A stretch of 64,000 nt of DNA from an uncultured Elusimicrobium sp. GTDB taxonomy: Bacteria > Elusimicrobiota > Elusimicrobia > Elusimicrobiales > Elusimicrobiaceae. Below are positions 49,609-57,882 of this stretch, in pieces. The DNA lies in NCBI GenBank assembly GCA_937891135.1, contig CALAFB010000082.1, positions 83,818 to 147,817 of the forward strand, read 5' to 3'. A program made the position numbers and the translations under genes. The notes beneath the pieces are model-generated. The model saw only the letters and a program-made list of their open reading frames with translations. It searched no databases and was not told the origin of the DNA. Position 1 is the stretch's first letter, and each line of letters begins with the position of its first letter.

Positions 49609-49833
49609 ATGAAAGAAGCTGTAGAAAAAGTAATTAACGAAATCCGGCCCATTTTACAAGCAGACGGCGGGGATATTGAACTGGTAAATGTAGATGAAAA
49701 AACCGGGATTGTAACCGTCGGGCTGCGCGGTCATTGTGGTAGCTGCCCGCACGCGCAAATGACGTTGCAAGCGGTAGTAGAACGCCGCATTAAAGCCGTG
49801 GTACCCGGTGTAACTGCCGTAGAACGCGTATAA
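49609..49833 (+). CDS. NifU/Nfu-type Fe-S scaffold protein
   Basis: IRP.LQADGGDIELV, G.CGSCP. Confidence 0.9.
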   Translation: MKEAVEKVINEIRPILQADGGDIELVNVDEKTGIVTVGLRGHCGSCPHAQMTLQAVVERRIKAVVPGVTAVERV

Positions 49834-49834
49834 A

Positions 49835-50644
49835 ATGCCGGTTGTTGATTTACATACCCACTCCACTTTTTCCGACGGAACTACTTCGCCGGAAGAGGTG
49901 GTTCATGCGGCCTTAAAGCGTCATGCTCAAATTTTGGCCCTTACCGACCATGACACCATGGACGGTACAGCCCGTGCTCACGCGTTAGCCCAAGAACGCG
50001 GCTTGCGTTTTGTATATGGGGTAGAAATTAGCACTTGCGAGCATGACCACTTGCACTTTACTGGCTATCATATTGATGTAACCGATCAATCATTTCAACA
50101 GTTTTTGGCTGATAACCGGGCCGCCCGTGAGCGGCGTATCCGGCAAATTATCAAACAATTACAAGAGGCTGGCGTAGGTATTACCGAGGAAGACGTGTTT
50201 TCCCGCGCGTCCAACACAGTTTCCCGCGCGCACGTGGCCGATGCCTTACATGTAAAAGGATTTGCCCACTCCCGCCAAGCGGCATTCCGGCAGTATTTAC
50301 TAGAAGGACAACCCGGCTATGTACCCGCTATTGGTGTAACGGCCGTGGAAGCCATTCGCCGTATTAAACAGGCGGGCGGGTTGGCCGTCATTGCTCACCC
50401 GGGTATGGTAACAGAGCATTGGGATTTTCCGGCGTGGACAGAAGCCGGGTTGGACGGGATAGAAGTGTTTTATCCGGCACACAGTTTTGCCATGCGTCAG
50501 GAACTGATGTATTTAGCAGACAGGTACGGTTTATTTGCTTCAGCCGGGTCAGACTATCACGGCCCGATGAGTGGGCGCACTACCGTTCCGGGCATCAACC
50601 TGCCGCAAAGTAACTATGATAAGTTACTAAGCAAGTTGTTTTAA
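49835..50644 (+). CDS. PHP-domain phosphoesterase (TrpH/YciV-like)
   Basis: DLHTHSTFSDG, LTDHDT, GVEIS, AHP, GSDYHG. Confidence 0.88.
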   Translation: MPVVDLHTHSTFSDGTTSPEEVVHAALKRHAQILALTDHDTMDGTARAHALAQERGLRFVYGVEISTCEHDHLHFTGYHIDVTDQSFQQFLADNRAARERRIRQIIKQLQEAGVGITEEDVFSRASNTVSRAHVADALHVKGFAHSRQAAFRQYLLEGQPGYVPAIGVTAVEAIRRIKQAGGLAVIAHPGMVTEHWDFPAWTEAGLDGIEVFYPAHSFAMRQELMYLADRYGLFASAGSDYHGPMSGRTTVPGINLPQSNYDKLLSKLF

Positions 50645-50668
50645 TCTATCTGCCTTAGTATATATTTA

Positions 50669-50703
50669 ATAAAAATACCCGCTTTTGCGGGTACTTTTAT
50701 TAA
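50669..50703 (+). terminator. Intrinsic terminator
   Basis: tacccgc-tttt-gcgggta followed by a T-rich tail. Confidence 0.55.
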
Positions 50704-50991
50704 ATATGGGGCAGCAATTTTTGATGGGGTGTGGGTTCTTAGACCGCGTAGCGCGGTTTCCCTGTTTATCAGGCAATTAACAGGCAAAAAACAGGCATTT
50801 GAAAAGTTTACCCTTTGGATTCTGGAGCCCTGCTGATATAGGTGTTCCCGTCTAAGAAATATTTGCCGAAATATCTGCCAAAACACTCCAAATTCCCTAC
50901 GCAGAGAAACAGGGAATATGCAGGGAAAAATAGTACATATTATTTGGATTTTGTATTATGTAGGTAATCTTATTTTGTAGAGGAAAAAAGT

Positions 50992-52266
50992 ATGAATCAA
51001 GAAACAAACCTAGAGCGAATTTTTTTATTTGGGAACGGCGCAACTCTTAGTATCGATCCGAATTTGAGCAATCTTTTAATTTGGGGAGTAGAGCAAGTTC
51101 GAAATTATAAGAACCAATATAATAAAGAATGGGAAGCAAATGAAAAAAACTTACTTGAGAATATAAAAAGTCATTTTGAATTTATTCTAAATCATTTACA
51201 AATGCTTTTCCGTAATTCTAATCACCTCAAACGTAGTAAGACACAAAGAGAGATAGAAAAATTTGATGATATATATAGTAAATTCTTAAATATTGTTGAT
51301 AAATCAAGTTCGCAATATATTCGGGATTTTTTTGATAGAATCCACATTATTGAAGATTTAACAAAGTATATATTTGATAGAGCTTATGATAACAGTGAAG
51401 GGGGATATTTGTTCAAAGCATTTAAAAAAAATACATTGATAGGTCCTATGGATGGCTCTGTAATTGACTCCTTTGAAAAATTACAAGTATTCATTTTGTC
51501 ATTGTTCTGCTTAAAATATCAAAATAAGCCGACAGTATATGATGATTTTGTGAGATTATTACCAAAAGAAGAACATAAAGTAAAAAAGGTAATAAGTTTA
51601 AATTGGGATAATTTTTATGAGCAAGCTTTTCGTCGGGTAAGAAAAAATGAAGAATCTTTGCATATTTTTATTTCCAATCAAATAGCTATAGATGTCAACA
51701 ATTCGGCTTGTGTTAATGAAGAATATCAAATTTTGAAACCCCATGGATCTTTAGAGTATTATTGTTGCCAATCTCTTGAAAGTAGCAATGTGTCTGGTTG
51801 CTTTCGCGTCACGGTAATTCCACAAGAAATTTTGTATCACAGAACGTCTTATGCGGGGAATAAATGTTTATTCCATCGAAAATTACGCACTTGCAAACAT
51901 TATTATAATTTGTTTCCTTTCATTCAGCCTTATACAAGAATTGAACGTTCTTTACGCTCCATTCCTTTTGTGAGAATGGCTTTAGAATCTTCCAAAGAGA
52001 TTTTATCTAAAAAACATGAATTAGTAGTAATTGGATATAGCTTTTCACGAGATAAGAAAGGATGGATTGATTATGATCTCTTGCCTCTTTTTTTAGGAGC
52101 TGAGAATATTACAATTATTTCTAAAAATCAAAAGGAGGGGCTCAAGGTTAAACAAAATATGTTGGAAGAATTGCCTATAACAGATAAATCAAAAATTATA
52201 GTTGGCTCTTATAATGGGTTTGAAGATTATATTGATAAAAGTAAACAAGCAGGGCATTTGCTTTAG
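50992..52266 (+). CDS. SIR2-like domain protein (putative defence NADase)
   Basis: FLFGNGA, ISLNWD, ILKPHGSL, LVVIGYSF motifs; markedly AT-rich. Confidence 0.75.
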   Translation: MNQETNLERIFLFGNGATLSIDPNLSNLLIWGVEQVRNYKNQYNKEWEANEKNLLENIKSHFEFILNHLQMLFRNSNHLKRSKTQREIEKFDDIYSKFLNIVDKSSSQYIRDFFDRIHIIEDLTKYIFDRAYDNSEGGYLFKAFKKNTLIGPMDGSVIDSFEKLQVFILSLFCLKYQNKPTVYDDFVRLLPKEEHKVKKVISLNWDNFYEQAFRRVRKNEESLHIFISNQIAIDVNNSACVNEEYQILKPHGSLEYYCCQSLESSNVSGCFRVTVIPQEILYHRTSYAGNKCLFHRKLRTCKHYYNLFPFIQPYTRIERSLRSIPFVRMALESSKEILSKKHELVVIGYSFSRDKKGWIDYDLLPLFLGAENITIISKNQKEGLKVKQNMLEELPITDKSKIIVGSYNGFEDYIDKSKQAGHLL

Positions 52267-52368
52267 AAGGAACAACGAATTTTTGTTCTCAAAAGATTTA
52301 ATCGTAAATCTGTAGTAAGGCAAAAAAAGAGCTCATGTCGATAATAGGTTGAAAAAAATCAATTTCAC

Positions 52369-53205
52369 TTATTTCTTTTTAATCTGCTTTTTTGGTGTAA
52401 AGTCCGGCAGGGAACTCTTGGATGTAACTACCTTGGTTCCTGTGGCTTCTTCAAATTGTAAACGCGCTTGTTTGGCGAGTTTGCCGCCTTTTCGCCCGGC
52501 CACTTTATTTTCTTGTACGCCTTCGGCTTTGTCTTTTTCCGCAATTTGACGGGTGGATAATTCTGCCAACGCCGTAAAAAGCAGTTCGGCCTCACTCATG
52601 TGTTCGCGCAAGTTTTCGTGTTCTAACCCTTTTAGCTTTTTGTGTTGGGCAACGGACAAATCACTCCACTCTTGGTGGATGACGTTTGTGAGCATGGCAA
52701 AATCGTCCGATTTAGTAACACCGTGTGCTTGCCAGTAATCAGTCAGTTTGTTGCGGGTTTCTTGGCCCATCATGCGCTGCTGTATCCACTTTTGGCTGCG
52801 CCCTTGGGCTTTCCAATGGGAACGCGCGCGGTCTAATGCTTTGGAGGGATCTGCGGTTTCCTGGATACGCTCATAGCCCACTTTGGCTAGCCACAATTTA
52901 AACGGTTCGGCTTTGGGGCTGGGGATAGATTGGATAAGGCGTAAAAGTTGTTCCGGGGTGGCTACGTCCGTAAGACGCATTTTGCCATCTGCGGCCACCA
53001 TTTTCAAAGCGTGACAATTTGTCACGGTTTGGTTGCCTTCCTCTTTAAGACGTTGTTTTAATTTGCGCCAATAAGCCGCCGGGTCCTTGCTTTCAGTTAA
53101 CGCATAAATCACATCTACAATAGAAAAATACCACGTTTCGGTCTTTTCGTCATAGTGGCGGCGGATTTTGAAATCTTCAAAAATGGCAAGTGCTGATTTA
53201 GTCAT
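52369..53205 (-). CDS. Bro-N-like DNA-binding / antirepressor-family protein
   Basis: WYFSIVDV, YWRKLKQRL, DGKMRLTD, IQSIPSPKAEPFKLWLA. Confidence 0.8.
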   Translation of the reverse strand: MTKSALAIFEDFKIRRHYDEKTETWYFSIVDVIYALTESKDPAAYWRKLKQRLKEEGNQTVTNCHALKMVAADGKMRLTDVATPEQLLRLIQSIPSPKAEPFKLWLAKVGYERIQETADPSKALDRARSHWKAQGRSQKWIQQRMMGQETRNKLTDYWQAHGVTKSDDFAMLTNVIHQEWSDLSVAQHKKLKGLEHENLREHMSEAELLFTALAELSTRQIAEKDKAEGVQENKVAGRKGGKLAKQARLQFEEATGTKVVTSKSSLPDFTPKKQIKKK

Positions 53206-53214
53206 ATCGTCTCC

Positions 53215-53799
53215 TTAATTCATGCGTACCAGTTTGGCTAAAATTTCGACGGATGCGTCCGCCGGGAACGGCTCGTATTTGGCCTTATTGTCCGATACTA
53301 ACCGGTAAGCGGGGCCGTTTTCCGTGTTATATTGCCCAAGACGCTTGATTTTGAGCCCGTCCGCTCTGCGGCACAACACCACACTCCCAATCGGTGGCAA
53401 TTCACTCGTTTTGCGGAACATCAGCATATCCCCGTCACTAATGGATGGCTCCATAGAATCGCCCTTGGCCTTAATAAAAAACAAATCCTGCGTAGGAGTA
53501 GGCAAAAACTTGGTAGGCATATTCACATAATCCACGATGTTTTCTTCGGCAAAAATGTCCGTATCCCCGCATTGGGCAAACCCGTAAAAGGGGATGGGGG
53601 TAAACTCATCCACGGGCCTATGGGTGGCAATAAGTGAGTGTCCGTTACGCTCCAAAAAGTTCTCTTTAATCAGTTTGCGGATATGCACGTGCACGGTGCT
53701 GACCGATTTCAAGCCAACCGCTTTAGCCAGTTCTGCCAAAGTGATTTGCGGGTTTTGCTGGACGAGTTCTAAAATTTGTTTTTGTTTTGCCGAAAGCAT
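53215..53799 (-). CDS. LexA/CI-like repressor with S24 autopeptidase
   Basis: N-terminal wHTH (ELAKAVGLKSVSTVHVHI), AQCG cleavage site, GDSM Ser, KIKRL Lys. Confidence 0.85.
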   Translation of the reverse strand: MLSAKQKQILELVQQNPQITLAELAKAVGLKSVSTVHVHIRKLIKENFLERNGHSLIATHRPVDEFTPIPFYGFAQCGDTDIFAEENIVDYVNMPTKFLPTPTQDLFFIKAKGDSMEPSISDGDMLMFRKTSELPPIGSVVLCRRADGLKIKRLGQYNTENGPAYRLVSDNKAKYEPFPADASVEILAKLVRMN

Positions 53800-53842
53800 A
53801 ATGTTCTCCAATACAAACAGTATAACTCTTTTCGCGCATTTA

Positions 53843-53898
53843 GTCAATTTCTATAAAAAATAGAAATAATTGACATAAAATAGAAAATATGTTTTAAT
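53843..53898. promoter_or_regulatory. Divergent promoters with palindromic operator candidate
   Basis: gtcaat-ttctat-aaaaa-atagaa-ata-attgac inverted repeat overlapping TTGACA (53870-53875). Confidence 0.5.
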
Positions 53899-53992
53899 GT
53901 AGCGTGGGTTTTGCCGTTATCGGCAAGGGAAAATTATAAGTTCGAGAGGGATAACTATGGAAACAAATAAAACATAACACAAGGAGCTGTAT

Positions 53993-55054
53993 ATGAACGA
54001 AACTGAAGTAAAAGAACTACCCGCGCAAGCGGAACAACCTACCACCGCACCCAAACAATACGAAGTAGGGTACGGCAAGCCACCTAAAAGCACACAATTC
54101 AAACCCGGCCAAAGCGGTAATCCAAAAGGCCGCACCAAAGGCAGTAGAAACGGTATATACACTTATATCCAACGCGAATTAAACTCGTCCATTACGCTTA
54201 CGGACGGATCTAAAATTACCAAAGAACAGGGTTTTGCCCGCCAACTGACCAACAAAGCCCTCCGCGGCGATATCCAAAGCCAAAAGCTATTATTTAACAT
54301 ACACCAAAAAGGTCAGCGTAAAGATAAGGCCGAACTCTTTATGGGCCGACTGATTAAAGAGGGTTACGTAACGGAAGAAATGATAGATAATTTTCTCTAT
54401 CATAACAAGATTATATCCTCTGCCAAGCCGTGCGACCCGATGAAGTGCGACTTGAACATGAATGCTATGTTTAAGCAGATAGGCGGTCGGAAGGCATTTG
54501 GTGCCGCGCTTATCTTAGCGGACTTACTATGCACGTATGCGTGCCTATTTATTTTAGAAAACCTTTGGGAAGAAATATCCCAAGAATATGCCTATTGGCA
54601 AGGGGTAGATGATGCAACCGCTAACCTTGCTGAGGAACAAAAAAATACACTTTACCAAACATTAGCCGCAAACCGCCCCATAGCGCGAATTACAGACGAA
54701 GAGTACGAACAAATCCAAAAAGTAATAGAGTTAGTGCGTATTGGGTTTATGCATCAGTTTAAAGAATATATGGACTTGATGGCAGAGAAAAGCGAGTATG
54801 CCACCGTGGAATGGGAATTTAAGCGCGGTGACATGCTAACCCAAGCGCTAAAAAAGACGCATTTTCCATGGGAAATGAAAGAACTAACTGACAGTTACGA
54901 GTACTTTAAAGGAGTATGTCAATCGGCTCAAACCCTACCGAGTTCCAGCCAATGTGCCAAGTACATTGACGGACTAAACATCAGCGAAGACGAGGCCATG
55001 CAAACAATACGAGAACTACTGTTGCCATTGCTATCTAATCGATGTGAAGAATAA
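53993..55054 (+). CDS. DUF5681-domain protein
   Basis: YEVGYGKPPKSTQFKPGQSGNPKGR N-terminus. Confidence 0.8.
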   Translation: MNETEVKELPAQAEQPTTAPKQYEVGYGKPPKSTQFKPGQSGNPKGRTKGSRNGIYTYIQRELNSSITLTDGSKITKEQGFARQLTNKALRGDIQSQKLLFNIHQKGQRKDKAELFMGRLIKEGYVTEEMIDNFLYHNKIISSAKPCDPMKCDLNMNAMFKQIGGRKAFGAALILADLLCTYACLFILENLWEEISQEYAYWQGVDDATANLAEEQKNTLYQTLAANRPIARITDEEYEQIQKVIELVRIGFMHQFKEYMDLMAEKSEYATVEWEFKRGDMLTQALKKTHFPWEMKELTDSYEYFKGVCQSAQTLPSSSQCAKYIDGLNISEDEAMQTIRELLLPLLSNRCEE

Positions 55055-55367
55055 ATTCTTCGCCTTTGATTACTTCCGCGTGGTCCGATAGATTGTATCC
55101 CTCAACTTTCCAACAACGTATGGTTTTGCGGTTGCAGTCAATCTCGTACCAGTAATCTAGGTCCGTATGAACTTGGTAGGCAATTTCGTACTTGTCATTT
55201 ATATCTTTGACTAGATTATTGATGAGGATGTTTCCGTCCCAAGTATTAAGTTCCTTTTGACGGCGAATCAGATCGGCCCCAACTCCGTTCGGATATCCAT
55301 CCCAATGGTGGTACAGCAGAACTTCCCGGTGTAGGTAACTTATTTTGATTTGGCTTCTAGTGCTCAT
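55035..55367 (-). CDS. Phage-like hypothetical protein
   Basis: MSTRSQI..YHHWDGYPNGVG..DLDYWYEID; RBS ggag; TTGACT upstream. Confidence 0.65.
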   Translation of the reverse strand: MSTRSQIKISYLHREVLLYHHWDGYPNGVGADLIRRQKELNTWDGNILINNLVKDINDKYEIAYQVHTDLDYWYEIDCNRKTIRCWKVEGYNLSDHAEVIKGEEFILHID

Positions 55368-55600
55368 ATGTTTTCTCCCTTCTCGAAGTATTTTACGGCT
55401 TTTGCCGTATACACATTCACGCTTCTTCTAGGGAGAGAAGTCAAGCTAATTGAGTTATGGAAGTGCCTGATATGGGGAAATATATAGCGGAATTTGTGAA
55501 TCTTCTCGTATTTTTGCTAAAATATAAGCGGAATTTAACAAAATAAGGAGTAATGTAGTAAAACCCCAGTTGTGGGGTAAATTACAATTGTAGTTTAATT

Positions 55601-55876
55601 CGTTTTTGGAATCCTATGAAGAATAGGATGGTTATTGAGGAAACTCAATAGTCATGTACATCCAAAGGCGGTCATTTAGGTGGGAAATTATTGGGAAGTC
55701 ATGAGCCCGATGTTTTCTACCGAATGCTCGCAGTATCTTGTTTAGAATAATCTTCTATTCTGAGAATTTGCGGCTACGACTGCTGTTGGTTATACCTGTA
55801 CATGACGTAACCGACAAGCAGTCGTTTTTTGTTTGTACCATCAAACTTCTTCGTAATTATTACAGGATTCCAAGAC
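55601..55876 (+). ncRNA. Conserved structured leader RNA, copy J (upstream of polysaccharide operon)
   Basis: cgtttttggaa; TCCTAT-gaaga-ATAGGA; P1 GTCATGTACA 55651-55660 / TGTACATGAC 55797-55806; tccaaaGGCGGTC/GACTGCT; P3+gaatg; terminator 55776-55830 with T6. Confidence 0.82.
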
Positions 55877-56086
55877 AATTGGAATCCTTTTTTTATGGGA
55901 AATTTTATAGGCACCTAAAGCCTATAGTCTAACCGGAGGAGAAGTCATGAGCTCTTCCCTTTAGACGAATGCCCTAGCTTTTGTGGCAAGGGCTACGGGA
56001 GTTAGTTCGTGCAGTACTTTAGATGCGCACTGGCTAACGACTGTCAATTTGAGTTCATGTAAGCAGTCAGAGACAGGAGAAAACAT

Positions 56087-56203
56087 ATGGATAAGAAAAA
56101 AAAGCAGAAACGGAAGCCGATTCCGACAGCACAGTATGACAAAAACGAAGAGTGGGTTAAAACCCATATTAAGCAATTTGGAGAGGAACCATCCTTCTTT
56201 TGA
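56087..56203 (+). CDS. 38 aa small protein
   Basis: RBS aggag; MDKKKKQKRKPIPTAQYDKNEEWVKTHIKQFGEEPSFF; below the ORF-track cutoff. Confidence 0.6.
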   Translation: MDKKKKQKRKPIPTAQYDKNEEWVKTHIKQFGEEPSFF

Positions 56204-56242
56204 TATGAGTGACTTATTTTAGGAGCAGGTGGTCATTGAAAG

Positions 56243-57052
56243 ATGATTTTTGCGTTATTTACGACTATTGGATTATTTGCATTATTCAAAGGGGTGGCTT
56301 GGATTAAAAGAGACCCTGTAGATGTAAATGCCCAAAACCCGTATTTATTTTCACAATACATTGATACACAGTTGGATCCGGCTATGGCCCAAGCGACTCG
56401 CAATATGCCTATAAAACCGGATTATATACCCTCTTTCTATACCGCTTACCTAAAACCTGTTTTAGATACGATTTTATCCTTTTTTGGGCTACTCTTGTTA
56501 AGTCCTGTATTCTTGATAATCGTACTGGCTATTGTAGTGGATGATCCCGGTCCAGTATTCTTTACTCAAAAACGGGTAGGTAAAGGGAAAACTTTCTTCC
56601 GGTTACATAAATTCCGTTCTATGAAGATGTCCACCCCGCATGACGTGCCGACTCATCAGCTGTCTAACCCCGAACAATATATTACGCGGGTAGGAAAATT
56701 CTTACGCAAGACCAGTTTAGATGAATTGCCGCAGATTTGGGATATATTTCGTGGAAAGATGAGCGTTATCGGCCCACGTCCGGCCTTGTGGAATCAAGCC
56801 GATTTAGTGGCTCAGCGCGAACAATACGCCGCTAACGATGTAAAACCCGGCCTTACAGGGTGGGCTCAAATCAATGGGCGGGATGAGCTGGAAATCCCCG
56901 TAAAAGCCAAATTAGATGGCGAATATATAGCCCGGCAATCGTTTTGGTTTGATGCTAAATGCTTTTGGGATACGTTTGTATCTGTCTTAAAACACGAAGG
57001 TGTTGTAGAAGGCGGTACAGGCCAATTACACAAACAGGAGATATCCAAATGA
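56243..57052 (+). CDS. Initiating undecaprenyl-phosphate sugar transferase
   Basis: KFRSM, ITRVGKFLRKTSLDELPQ, GPRP, KPGLTGWAQINGR. Confidence 0.92.
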   Translation: MIFALFTTIGLFALFKGVAWIKRDPVDVNAQNPYLFSQYIDTQLDPAMAQATRNMPIKPDYIPSFYTAYLKPVLDTILSFFGLLLLSPVFLIIVLAIVVDDPGPVFFTQKRVGKGKTFFRLHKFRSMKMSTPHDVPTHQLSNPEQYITRVGKFLRKTSLDELPQIWDIFRGKMSVIGPRPALWNQADLVAQREQYAANDVKPGLTGWAQINGRDELEIPVKAKLDGEYIARQSFWFDAKCFWDTFVSVLKHEGVVEGGTGQLHKQEISK

Positions 57053-57870
57053 CACAAAAATTTTCCGTTGTACTTTATGTTTGGCAAAAAGATTTTCCGG
57101 CTTGGGTCAAGCAAGCATTGGATAGCGTTTTTTCCAATACCGTTAAACCCACCGAAGTTATTGTTATGGTAGATGGCCCTGTTAGTAAGGATATACAAGC
57201 TGTCATAGACGAAGCTTCAAAAAATGATGCTATCCGAGTATTGTCACATCCCGTTCCCATGTTGAGGGCGGTCGCACTTGCTTTTGCTATCAAACAGTGT
57301 CAATATGACCTAATTGCCATACAAGGGGCGGATAGTATTTCTCTGCCGAATCGTTTTGAACGGCAACTAGCATACTTTAATGAGCATCCCGAAACGGCTG
57401 TATTGGGTGGATATGCCCAGGAGATGGATAGTAAAAATGAGCTTTTACCAACAGCTATCTGCGAAGTTCCTGAATCTGAAAAGGAAATCAAAACCTGCTT
57501 ACAAAATCATTCTCCTTTTATCTATCGGACTGTTATGTTCAAGAAACAGGCCATTTTAGATGCAGGCAATTATAAAGATTTTCCAAATTTAGAAGATGAA
57601 TATCTATGGGTGCGTGTAATAGGAAAAGGATATAAGACAGCTAACCTGACAAGCGTGATTGCTAACATCCATTCTATCGATGCGTATGAACAAATGGTAC
57701 TTGCTTTACCGCACTTTCAAATGAAAAGAGAACTTTTTAGCACCATGCGCCAAATGGGGATGATTGGGAGTTTTACCTACTACCGTTTGGTATGCACCGC
57801 TTTTATTAAATACTTGATTTTACCGAACTGGTTCCGTAGAGTGTTTCATCTCTACGACGCACAGGCTTAA
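57049..57870 (+). CDS. GT2 glycosyltransferase (AmsE-like), DXD motif degenerate
   Basis: FSV, VDGPV, QGADSISLPNRFERQ, EDEYLW. Confidence 0.8.
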   Translation: MTQKFSVVLYVWQKDFPAWVKQALDSVFSNTVKPTEVIVMVDGPVSKDIQAVIDEASKNDAIRVLSHPVPMLRAVALAFAIKQCQYDLIAIQGADSISLPNRFERQLAYFNEHPETAVLGGYAQEMDSKNELLPTAICEVPESEKEIKTCLQNHSPFIYRTVMFKKQAILDAGNYKDFPNLEDEYLWVRVIGKGYKTANLTSVIANIHSIDAYEQMVLALPHFQMKRELFSTMRQMGMIGSFTYYRLVCTAFIKYLILPNWFRRVFHLYDAQA

Positions 57871-57882
57871 ACAGAGAAGCAT

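Larger units (their letters stand above)
50750..55450. mobile_element. Degenerate prophage/ICE-like island remnant
   Basis: Phased CAGG(C/G)A repeats at the left end; AT-rich SIR2-like gene, Bro-N-like, LexA-like and DUF5681 genes; no integrase in the window; boundaries approximate. Confidence 0.55.

Noticed and set aside
55665..55680. ops/JUMPstart element (GGCGGT) before the polysaccharide operon
   Set aside because: Reads GGCGGTCA, not GGCGGTAG, and is explained as the P2 strand of leader J.
55738..56222. ORFs 55738..55932, 55961..56176 and 55983..56222
   Set aside because: They overlap the structured leader, lack an RBS and use alternative starts; the 38 aa ORF at 56087 is better supported.
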